In this document: in pieces, positions 15,521 to 23,101 of the stretch
How the letters are laid out: every line of letters starts with the position of its first letter
Numbering within the stretch: position 1 is the stretch's first letter
Origin: Polyangiaceae bacterium
GTDB lineage: Bacteria > Myxococcota_A > Polyangia > Polyangiales > Polyangiaceae
Direction of reading: 5' to 3'
DNA: 23,806 nucleotides
NCBI GenBank assembly: GCA_035063585.1
Contig: JAPSGB010000059.1
Location: 1 to 23,806, forward strand
Notes under the pieces: generated by a model
What the model was told of the DNA's origin: nothing
What the model saw: the letters and a program-made list of their open reading frames with translations, nothing else
Database searches by the model: none
Position numbers and translations under genes: made by a program

Positions 15521-17604
15521 TCCGCGCGCGGCTCGGAGCCCCGTTGCTCGCGCGATTCGGCCGTATCCCCTTCCGAGATCCGAACACACGCTTCGTGGGG
15601 CTCGCGGCCCTGGTCGGGCTGCTCGGAGCCGCTGGAGCCACGGTATTTCGCTGGCTCACCGCTCATATCACCGCCCTCCTCACCGGCAGCCCCGATATCG
15701 TCGAAGGCGCGGCTCGACTCCCGCCGGCGTGGCGGGTCGCGATCCCGGCTGTCGGCGGCTTGGTCGGCGGCCTCATCGCGCGCCGCTTCGTCCGCACCGG
15801 CGGAACCATGGGGATCGCGCAGATCATGGAGGTCGTCGCGGTCGGGCGGCGCACGGTGCGCTTCCGGCAGTCGCTCGCGCGCACCGCCTCGTCCTTGGCC
15901 GTCATCTCGACGGGAGGCTCGGAAGGCCGCGAAGGACCCATCATCCAGATGGCGGCGGCCTTCGCCGCCTGGGTCGGCCGCGCCAGCCACGTGTCGCCGG
16001 CTCGAGCGCAGATCCTGGTCGCGTGCGGGATGGCCGCCGGCGTGGCCGGCGCCTATAACACGCCGATCGCCGCGACCCTGTTCGTCGTCGAGCTGGTGGT
16101 CGGCTCGTTCTCGATGGCGGTGTTCGGCCCGGTGGTAGTCGCCTCCGTGGTGTCGTCGGTGGTGACGCGGGCCCTCCTCGGCAACGAGCCGCTCTATCGC
16201 GTCGCGCCGTTCGAGCTTCGCTCGGGCTGGGAGCTCGTCCCCTACATTCCGCTCGGGCTCCTCGGGGGCATGGGCGCGGTCGGGTTCACCCGAGCGCTCC
16301 GGCTCGCCAAGCGTGCGTTCCGCGCGACCGGCCTACGCGACGAGTACCGGATGGCGCTCGCGGGCGCCGGAGTCGGCGCGCTCGGCCTCGTGCTCCCCGA
16401 GGTCTGGGGCAACGGGTTCGAGGGCACGAACCGCATCCTCGGCGCAGAGCTCCCGCTCACCATGCTCGGCGTGCTCCTCCTCGGAAAGCTCGCAGCCACC
16501 GGGCTCACCATCGGCTCCGGAGGCGTCGGCGGCGTGTTCACGCCGGGCCTGATGGTCGGCGCCACGCTCGGCGCCATTCTCGGCACCCTCGTCGAGCGCG
16601 TGTTCCCACAGCTCTCGGCGCCGGTCTACTGCTACGCGCTGCTCGGCATGGGGGCGCTGCTCGCCGGCACCACGCGCGCGCCCGTGCTCGCCATCATCAT
16701 GATGTTCGAGCTCACCGACACACCGCAGATCCTCTTGCCGATGATGATCGTTTCGGTGCTCGCCATCACCGGGGCCAAGGTCTTCGAGCGCGAGTCCATC
16801 TACGTCGAGGAGCTCCGAGACGCCGGGGTCGAGTGGGAGGGCACCACGCAGGAGACGATGCTCGCTTCGGTGCGCGCGCGAGACATCATGCGGACGCACG
16901 TGGCGCTCATCCCGGAGACGCTCGATATCGCGCGTGTGATCGAGCGTTTCATGGCGGACAAGAGCCTCTACCTCTACGTCGGAGACGCCGAGGGGCGCCT
17001 GGTCGGCGTCATCGATCTTCACGACATCAAGGAGAACCTCACGAACCCGGGGCTCACGCCCCTCGTCATCGCGCGTGACGTCGCGCAAGACATTCCTACC
17101 GTCGCTCCGGACGAGTCGGTCTCGTCCATCAACGAGAAGCTCTGGTTCCGCGACTACGGCCAACTCCCGGTCATCGACTCCCCGGTGAGCCGGCGCTTCC
17201 TCGGCATCGTCACCCGACGCGACATCCTCGGCGCGATCGACCGCGAGGTCCTGCAGCGAAGCGCGCTCTTCGCCGAGGTGAAGCGGGTGCCGTCGGCGGA
17301 GCCCGGCCCCAGCTACCTCGAGCTCCCCGAGAAGCATCGCTTGGTCGAGCTGCGGCTGCCGGCGACGCTCGTCGGAAAGAGGCTCGCCGAGTCCGGGCTC
17401 CGTGCCGCGGGCGCGCTGGTTCTGGTCCTCAAGCGCGCGACGGCCGCAGGGAACGAGCAGGCCATCTTGCCCGCGCCGGACGAGGTGCTGCGCGCCGACG
17501 ATCGCCTGGTCGTGCTCGCGACCGACGAGGCGCTGGCGCGCTGGGCCGGAGCGCCGGAATCGACTCAGGGTCAGAGATCCGACTCGGGCTCCGGCTCCGG
17601 GTAG
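15517..17604 (+). CDS. ClC-family chloride channel/transporter with CBS pair and C-terminal RCK_C (TrkA_C) domain, 695 aa
   Basis: Motifs GGSEGREGP, AYNTPIAA, GGVFTP, MFELT and ESIY. CBS repeats (VRARDIM...LVGVIDLHDI; QLPVID...FLGIVTRRDIL). RCK_C (LVGKRLAESGLR...PAPDEVLRADDRLVV). ATGA overlap with the antiporter gene. Confidence 0.93.
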   Translation: MIRARLGAPLLARFGRIPFRDPNTRFVGLAALVGLLGAAGATVFRWLTAHITALLTGSPDIVEGAARLPPAWRVAIPAVGGLVGGLIARRFVRTGGTMGIAQIMEVVAVGRRTVRFRQSLARTASSLAVISTGGSEGREGPIIQMAAAFAAWVGRASHVSPARAQILVACGMAAGVAGAYNTPIAATLFVVELVVGSFSMAVFGPVVVASVVSSVVTRALLGNEPLYRVAPFELRSGWELVPYIPLGLLGGMGAVGFTRALRLAKRAFRATGLRDEYRMALAGAGVGALGLVLPEVWGNGFEGTNRILGAELPLTMLGVLLLGKLAATGLTIGSGGVGGVFTPGLMVGATLGAILGTLVERVFPQLSAPVYCYALLGMGALLAGTTRAPVLAIIMMFELTDTPQILLPMMIVSVLAITGAKVFERESIYVEELRDAGVEWEGTTQETMLASVRARDIMRTHVALIPETLDIARVIERFMADKSLYLYVGDAEGRLVGVIDLHDIKENLTNPGLTPLVIARDVAQDIPTVAPDESVSSINEKLWFRDYGQLPVIDSPVSRRFLGIVTRRDILGAIDREVLQRSALFAEVKRVPSAEPGPSYLELPEKHRLVELRLPATLVGKRLAESGLRAAGALVLVLKRATAAGNEQAILPAPDEVLRADDRLVVLATDEALARWAGAPESTQGQRSDSGSGSG

Positions 17605-18512
17605 ACGCACGTCTTGGCGCTCGCGGGGAAACGTTCGTCCGGCTCGCAGGCCTTCGGCGAGCCCAAGAGATTGTGTTCGGGGCAGTCCGCGACGCTACGG
17701 CAGAAGATGAGCGACGACGCGTCCGGCACGTTGTAGGCGCCGAGCGCGCACGTGGTGAACCGAAACCCCCCGGACCGAGGGTTCGCGTCGTCAGCGCACG
17801 GGTAGCCGCCGCAGTCATCGGGACCGAGGCACTCGAGCGACCATAGGCCCTCTCGCGGCTCGTCGCCGCAGCTCTTCTGACAAGAGCCGGTCCGCGTCTT
17901 GGTGTCCCAGCAGCACACCGACTCGTTTCCCGGGCACGACTCGTTCCCGCAGGCGACTCGCCCGGCTTCGTACTGGCAGGTTCCAACCCGGGCGCCCGGC
18001 GCGACGTGGCAGGAGAAGCCGGGCCGGCACGCGCCGCCCGCGACGCACCGCTCCACCGGGCCGTGCAAGCAGGGCAGGGCCGTGCACTGCGTGACGGGCG
18101 GGCACTCGCCGCTGCATGCCCAGGTCGTGCAGCATCCCTGCCCCGCCGGGCAGTCGGCCGCCTCGTCGCACCGGTTCTCTTCGAGCGAGCCGGGCAGGGC
18201 ATCGCACAGGAAATCGCGGTTCGTCAGGCGCGGCAGACACGCCGTCGGGCGATGAACTCCGTCACCGCAGCACACCTCGAGACCGAGATCGCACTCGGTC
18301 GCGCCGCAGGCGATCTTGCCGGGTGTCATCGCCGCCGAAGGCGCGGCACCGCTCGTCGCGGGGGCCGGCGCGTTCGCGCTGGACGACGCGACCGCGACGA
18401 CCGCGCTCGCGCGCGTCGCTGGCGCTCCCGTCGTCACGGGGTTTCCGGCGTGGCACGCCGCCACGAGCAGGCAAGACCAGCACCATCGAGAGCCGGACGC
18501 GCCCGTGCTCAC
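17571..18512 (-). CDS. Cys-rich putative lipoprotein of unknown function (313 aa)
   Basis: GTG start overlaps the gnd stop (GTGA). Lipobox LLVAAC and Ala/Ser/Pro linker. Duplicated module IACGATECDLGLEVCC / VACGNESCPGNESVCC, plus CxxxxDC motifs. Confidence 0.75.
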   Translation of the reverse strand: MSTGASGSRWCWSCLLVAACHAGNPVTTGAPATRASAVVAVASSSANAPAPATSGAAPSAAMTPGKIACGATECDLGLEVCCGDGVHRPTACLPRLTNRDFLCDALPGSLEENRCDEAADCPAGQGCCTTWACSGECPPVTQCTALPCLHGPVERCVAGGACRPGFSCHVAPGARVGTCQYEAGRVACGNESCPGNESVCCWDTKTRTGSCQKSCGDEPREGLWSLECLGPDDCGGYPCADDANPRSGGFRFTTCALGAYNVPDASSLIFCRSVADCPEHNLLGSPKACEPDERFPASAKTCVYPEPEPESDL

Positions 18513-19921
18513 GTGGTCCACTCGGTGTGCACCGCGCCCTCGCGATCCGTGCGCACGTAGGTGTGCGCGCCAAAAAAATCGCGCTGAGCCTGGACGAGGT
18601 TCGCGCTGAGCCGTTCGCTCCGGTAGCTGTCGTACCAGGCGAGCGAGATGCTGGTAGTCGGCGCCGGCACGCCGTGTCGTGCGGCGAGCGCGACCACGTT
18701 ACGCCATCCGGTCTGACGCGCCGCGAGCTCCTCGCGAAATGACGGGTCGAGCAGGAGGTTGTCGAGCTGGGCGTCGCGCGCGAACGCCTCTTGGATCCGG
18801 CCGAGGAAGGCCGCGCGGATGATGCACCCGCCCTTCCAGATGCGCGCCATCTCACCGAGCTGGATGCCCCAGCCCCGAAGCTCGCTGGCTGCGCGGATGA
18901 GCGCCATGCCCTGCGCATAGCTCGCGCATTTCGAGGCGTAGAGCGCCGCGCGCACGTCGGCGACGAGCTGCTGCTTGTCGACGCCGGAGGCCGCTCCGAG
19001 GGCGGGCCCCGGCAGCACCTTGGACGCCGCGACGCGCTCGGCCTTCTGGCTCGAGACGCCGCGCGCATCGACCGCCGAGGCGATGGTCGGGATGGGCGCG
19101 CCGAGCTCGACCGCATCCTGCACCGTCCATCGACCGGTGCCCTTCTGCGCGGCGGCGTCGAGGATCAGATCGATGAGATCGCCGCCCGTCTCCGGATCCT
19201 TCTTGGCGAAGATCTTGGCGGTGATCTCGATCAGGAACGAATCGAGCTCGCCGCGATTCCACTCGGCGAAGGTGTCCGCGAGCTCCGCGTTCGAGAGCCC
19301 GCCGAGATGCTTCATGAGCCAGTACGCCTCGGCGATGAGCTGCATGTCACCGTACTCGATGCCGTTGTGCACCATCTTCACGTAGTGCCCAGCGCCACCC
19401 GGCCCGCAGTACGCGACGCAGGGGCCGTCCGGGACCTGCGCGGCGATCTTCTGGAGCACCGGCTCGAGCTCGCGATACGCCTCGCGGTCGCCGCCCGGCA
19501 TCATGCTCGGACCGTGGCGCGCCCCCTCCTCGCCGCCCGACACACCCATGCCGAAGAAGCGAAGGCCCTTGCCGGCGAGCTCCTTGGCGCGACGCTCGGT
19601 GTTCGGGAAGTGCTCGTTGCCCGCGTCCACCAAGAGATCGCCCGGCTCGAGGAGTGGAACGAGCTTGGTGATCGTGTCATCGACCACCTGCCCCGCCTTC
19701 ACCAGCATGACGATCCGGCGCGGCCGGCGGAGCGAGGCGACGAACTCCGGGAGCGACTCGAAGGCGTGGATCTGGCGCCCTTCGGCCTCCTTCGCGAACT
19801 TGCGGACCGGCTCGGGCCAGGCGTCCCAGGCGGCGACGCTGAAGCCCTTCTCCTCCAGGTTCAAGGACAGGTTCTTCCCCATCACTCCGAGCCCGATCAT
19901 TCCCATGTCGAGATTTGCCAT
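18509..19921 (-). CDS. gnd: 6-phosphogluconate dehydrogenase, decarboxylating (long type, 470 aa)
   Basis: Motifs MIGLGVMGKNL, MLVKAG, DAGN, GVSGGEEGA, HYVKMVHNGIEYGDMQ, QKGTG, WKGGCIIR and QAQRDFFGAHTY. Confidence 0.97.
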   Translation of the reverse strand: MANLDMGMIGLGVMGKNLSLNLEEKGFSVAAWDAWPEPVRKFAKEAEGRQIHAFESLPEFVASLRRPRRIVMLVKAGQVVDDTITKLVPLLEPGDLLVDAGNEHFPNTERRAKELAGKGLRFFGMGVSGGEEGARHGPSMMPGGDREAYRELEPVLQKIAAQVPDGPCVAYCGPGGAGHYVKMVHNGIEYGDMQLIAEAYWLMKHLGGLSNAELADTFAEWNRGELDSFLIEITAKIFAKKDPETGGDLIDLILDAAAQKGTGRWTVQDAVELGAPIPTIASAVDARGVSSQKAERVAASKVLPGPALGAASGVDKQQLVADVRAALYASKCASYAQGMALIRAASELRGWGIQLGEMARIWKGGCIIRAAFLGRIQEAFARDAQLDNLLLDPSFREELAARQTGWRNVVALAARHGVPAPTTSISLAWYDSYRSERLSANLVQAQRDFFGAHTYVRTDREGAVHTEWTT

Positions 19922-19929
19922 CGCCCGCC

Positions 19930-19958
19930 AAACTACGCCCCTGCACCGGCGGAGTCGA
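19930..19958 (-). promoter_or_regulatory. Putative SigA-type promoter TCGACT-N17-TAGTTT for gnd
   Basis: 17-nt spacer. The -10 box ends 8 nt before the gnd ATG and no SD lies in between. Confidence 0.45.
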
Positions 19959-20047
19959 CCTCCCCGTCCGCGCCGCCTGGGTTTACGCGGCATTGTGCGA
20001 GGTTGAAGCGCCTCCGCCCGAGCTCGCGCGGAGACGCGCCACGCGCC

Positions 20048-20077
20048 TTGCAATTGGAGAGGCCCGGGAGCCAGCAT
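20048..20077 (+). promoter_or_regulatory. Putative SigA-type promoter TTGCAA-N18-CAGCAT for zwf-opcA
   Basis: The -10-like box also ends 8 nt before the ATG, mirroring the gnd side. The -10 match is imperfect. Confidence 0.35.
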
Positions 20078-20085
20078 GGCGCGCC

Positions 20086-21618
20086 ATGAGTAGCGATGCT
20101 CTCACCGACAACCCACTCCGCGCCGGGATGGCCGGCGAGCTCGGGGTCGCTCCAGCGGCGCTCGTCATCTTCGGCGCGAGCGGTGACCTCACGGGGCGGA
20201 AGCTCTTGCCTGGCATCTACAACCTCGCGAGAAATCGCCTCTTGCCGTCCGGGTTCGCCCTCGTCGGCTTCGCGCGCCGCCCGCTCTCCGACGAGGCGTT
20301 CCGCGCGCGGATGCTGGAGCAGGTCGAGGCCCACTCACGCCATCGGCCGCTCGATCGCGCGGTTTGGGACGATCTGGCGCGCGGCATGAGCTACGTGCAG
20401 GGCTCGTTTGGCGATGACGCCGCGTATCGCACGCTCGCCGCGCGCCTCGCGGAGCTCGATCGCGTGCGGGGGACCGCGGGCGGTCGCACCTTCTACCTCG
20501 CGGTGCCGCCAGCCGAGGTTCGCACCATCGTCGACGCGCTCGCCCGGGCGGGGCTCGCCGCCCCGCCGGCGCGGGTGGTGGTGGAGAAGCCGTTCGGCGT
20601 CGACCTCGCCTCGGCCGTCGAGCTCAACCGGGAGCTTCGAGCCAAGCTCGACGAGCGCCAGATCTTTCGCATCGATCACTATCTCGGCAAGGAGACCGTC
20701 CAGAACCTCCTGGTGCTCCGCTTCGGCAACACCATCTTCGAGCCGCTCTGGAACCGAAGCCACGTCTCACACGTGGAGCTCACGGTCGCCGAGCACATCG
20801 GCATCGAGGGGCGTGGAAAGTTCTACGAAGCGACCGGGCTGCTCCGCGACATCGTGCAGAACCACGCGCTCCAGCTGCTCTCGCTGGTGGCGATGGAGCC
20901 TCCGATCGCCTGGGACGCCGACGCGGTGCGCGACGAGAAGGTCAAGGTGCTCCGCGCGCTCCGCCCGATGCGGGACGCCGCGGAGGTCGCGCGGCGGAGC
21001 GTCCGCGCGCAGTACGCGGCCGGAGTGGTGCGCGGCGACCAGGTGAGCGGCTATCGTGAGGAGCCCGACGTCGCCCGGGACTCGACCGTGGAGACCTACG
21101 TCGCGCTCGAGGTCGCGGTGGAGAACTGGCGCTGGGCCGGGGTTCCGTTCTTCCTCCGCGCCGGCAAGCGGCTCGCCAAGCGCGTGACCGAGATCGCCAT
21201 CCACTTCGCGCCGCTGCCTCATCCACTGTTTCGTAACGCGCCGGGCGCGATGGGCACGCCGAACACGCTCATCCTCCGCATCCAGCCGGACGAGGGCATC
21301 GCTCTCCGGTTTGCCACCAAGATCCCCGGTCAAGCCATGGCGCTCCGCGACGTCGCCATGGACTTCCGCTATGGGACCGCCTTCGGGCACGAGACACCAG
21401 AAGCGTACGAGCGGCTCCTGCTCGACGCCATGCGGGGCGACGCGACGCTCTTCACTCGACACGACGAGGCGGAGATGCAGTGGGCCTACGTCGATCCCAT
21501 CTTGCACGCGTGGCGGAACGGCGAAGCGCCGCTCGACTCTTACACCGCCGGGAGTTGGGGGCCGGAAGCGGCCGAGCGGCTCATCTCGCGCGCGGGCTTC
21601 GACTGGAGCAAGCCGTGA
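20086..21618 (+). CDS. zwf: Glucose-6-phosphate 1-dehydrogenase, 510 aa
   Basis: Motifs IFGASGDLT, GFARR, VEKPFG, RIDHYLGKE, RDIVQNH, WAGVPFFLRAGKRL, RIQPDEG and EAYERLL. Confidence 0.97.
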   Translation: MSSDALTDNPLRAGMAGELGVAPAALVIFGASGDLTGRKLLPGIYNLARNRLLPSGFALVGFARRPLSDEAFRARMLEQVEAHSRHRPLDRAVWDDLARGMSYVQGSFGDDAAYRTLAARLAELDRVRGTAGGRTFYLAVPPAEVRTIVDALARAGLAAPPARVVVEKPFGVDLASAVELNRELRAKLDERQIFRIDHYLGKETVQNLLVLRFGNTIFEPLWNRSHVSHVELTVAEHIGIEGRGKFYEATGLLRDIVQNHALQLLSLVAMEPPIAWDADAVRDEKVKVLRALRPMRDAAEVARRSVRAQYAAGVVRGDQVSGYREEPDVARDSTVETYVALEVAVENWRWAGVPFFLRAGKRLAKRVTEIAIHFAPLPHPLFRNAPGAMGTPNTLILRIQPDEGIALRFATKIPGQAMALRDVAMDFRYGTAFGHETPEAYERLLLDAMRGDATLFTRHDEAEMQWAYVDPILHAWRNGEAPLDSYTAGSWGPEAAERLISRAGFDWSKP

Positions 21619-22655
21619 CGAGCGCGGGGGCTCTGCGGCTCAGCGACTCGCTCGCGCGGATCGAGGCCGAGCTCGAGGCGCTGTGGGAGCCCGACTCGAC
21701 CGGCGCCGCCAAGCCGCGAGCCTACACCCTGAACCTGGTCGCGGTGGTCGGGCTCGACGCGAGCGAGGCCTTCGCGGGGCTGGTCGGTGAGGTCGCCGCC
21801 CGCCTCCTGGCGCGAACCTTCACGGTGACCGTGGATCCGCGACTCGCGCCGTGGGCGCTCTCGGGCGACGTGCGCGCGGTGTGTAGCGTCGGTGAGCAGC
21901 GCATCTGCGCCGAGCAGGTCGAGCTCGATTTCGGCGTCATGGCGGCGCAGCGCGCGGGCTCGATCCTCGAGGCGCTGACCGAGGCTCGCCTGAGAACCGT
22001 GCTCCTGGTCGGCCCCGGCGCGCCCCGCGACGTGGTCGCGCGACTCGCGCCGGCGAGCGCGCTCGTGGTGGTGGATAGCGCCCGGCTCGGGGTCGGCGCG
22101 AGCGCCGAGCTCGCCGCGAGCACCAGCGGGAGCGTCGCGGATCTCGCGTTCGTGCGAGGCCGGCGCTGGCGCGAGATGGTCGCGCGGCTCTTCGATGAGC
22201 CGACCGCTCGCGCCGCGCTTCCCCGGATCAGCGCGGTAGAGATCACCCACGTCGAGCTCCCTTCCGGGCCGGAGGCGACGGCCGAGTCCGCGCTCTTCCT
22301 CGGCTGGCTCGGCTCCCAGCTCGGGTGGCGCACGAGCTCGGGAGCAGTCCTCGACGCCGCCGGGTCCACCGTAGCGGTGCGACGCTCGACGGTCGTTCGC
22401 GAGGACGTCGCCGCCGGGTGTCTCGAGTCGGTGAAGATCACCGCAGGCGAGCTCGAGCTCGCGGTCGCGCGCGACACCGACGCCGAGCACGTCCGCTGCT
22501 CGATGCGAGCGCCGGGCGGAGCGCCCGCCGCGCGACGCTACTCGATCCCGCATCGCGAGGCGGCCGAGGAGCTCGCGCGCGCCATCTCGGATCCGCGAGG
22601 GGACGCGCTGGTCCGCGGGGCGCTCGCGTTCGCCGCGAGCGCGCCCGGCGCATGA
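21615..22655 (+). CDS. opcA: G6PDH assembly/activator protein OpcA, 346 aa
   Basis: GTG overlaps the zwf stop (GTGA). Motifs IEAELEALW, RAYTLNLV, ICAEQV, VVVDS, DLAFVRGRRWRE and LFLGWLGSQLGW. Canonical position directly after zwf. Confidence 0.88.
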   Translation: MTSAGALRLSDSLARIEAELEALWEPDSTGAAKPRAYTLNLVAVVGLDASEAFAGLVGEVAARLLARTFTVTVDPRLAPWALSGDVRAVCSVGEQRICAEQVELDFGVMAAQRAGSILEALTEARLRTVLLVGPGAPRDVVARLAPASALVVVDSARLGVGASAELAASTSGSVADLAFVRGRRWREMVARLFDEPTARAALPRISAVEITHVELPSGPEATAESALFLGWLGSQLGWRTSSGAVLDAAGSTVAVRRSTVVREDVAAGCLESVKITAGELELAVARDTDAEHVRCSMRAPGGAPAARRYSIPHREAAEELARAISDPRGDALVRGALAFAASAPGA

Positions 22656-22665
22656 GCGGCCGGGG

Positions 22666-22694
22666 CTTGCCTTCTCGGACGCGAGCGTTAGACG
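22666..22694 (+). promoter_or_regulatory. Possible SigA-type promoter TTGCCT-N17-TAGACG for the glutaredoxin-like gene
   Basis: 17-nt spacing, ending 10 nt before ATG 22705. No SD is visible. Confidence 0.3.
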
Positions 22695-22704
22695 CACTGT
22701 CACC

Positions 22705-23070
22705 ATGGCCCGCCCCATCCTCGAGGAAGCTCGCATCCACCCCGCGATCCGCGAGAGGGTCGCGGCGCTGAACCAGGACATCGTCGAAGAGGTTCGACGC
22801 GCGCTCGACGAGCACGCGGTCGTCATCGTCGGGATGAGCCAGAACCCGTTCCCGCGCAAGGCGCGACGGTGCCTCGACGCGCGAGGCATCGCCTACGAGT
22901 ACCTCGAATACGGAAGCTATTTCGGCCCGTGGCGCCGCCGGAACGCGCTGAAGATGTGGACCGGGTGGCCCACGTTCCCGATGGTGTTCGTCAAGGGCAC
23001 CCTCATCGGCGGCGCGGCCGAGCTCCGCGAGCTCGCCGAGAGCGGCGAGCTCGCGCGCTTGCTCGCGTGA
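22705..23070 (+). CDS. Glutaredoxin-fold protein (monothiol-Grx-like) lacking the active-site Cys, 121 aa
   Basis: WTGWPTFPMVFVKGTLIGG...ESGEL is the Grx4/GrxD-like signature. The active-site position reads NPFP instead of CGFS or CPYC. Confidence 0.85.
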   Translation: MARPILEEARIHPAIRERVAALNQDIVEEVRRALDEHAVVIVGMSQNPFPRKARRCLDARGIAYEYLEYGSYFGPWRRRNALKMWTGWPTFPMVFVKGTLIGGAAELRELAESGELARLLA

Positions 23071-23101
23071 GCCTGCCCGCGCTCGCGAGCGGCCCACGTC
23101 A

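Noticed and set aside
19915..20085. Overlapping N-terminal extensions of gnd (to 20077) and zwf (from 19915)
   Set aside because: Family-typical sequence begins at ATG 19921 and ATG 20086. The gap is a divergent promoter region.
20075..20093. 14-bp palindrome CATGGCGCGCCATG over the zwf start, and a 5-codon out-of-frame mini-ORF (MARHE) behind GGGAG
   Set aside because: About one or more such palindromes are expected by chance in 24 kb of GC-rich DNA. The mini-ORF would lie upstream of the TSS if the proposed promoter is right. No independent support.
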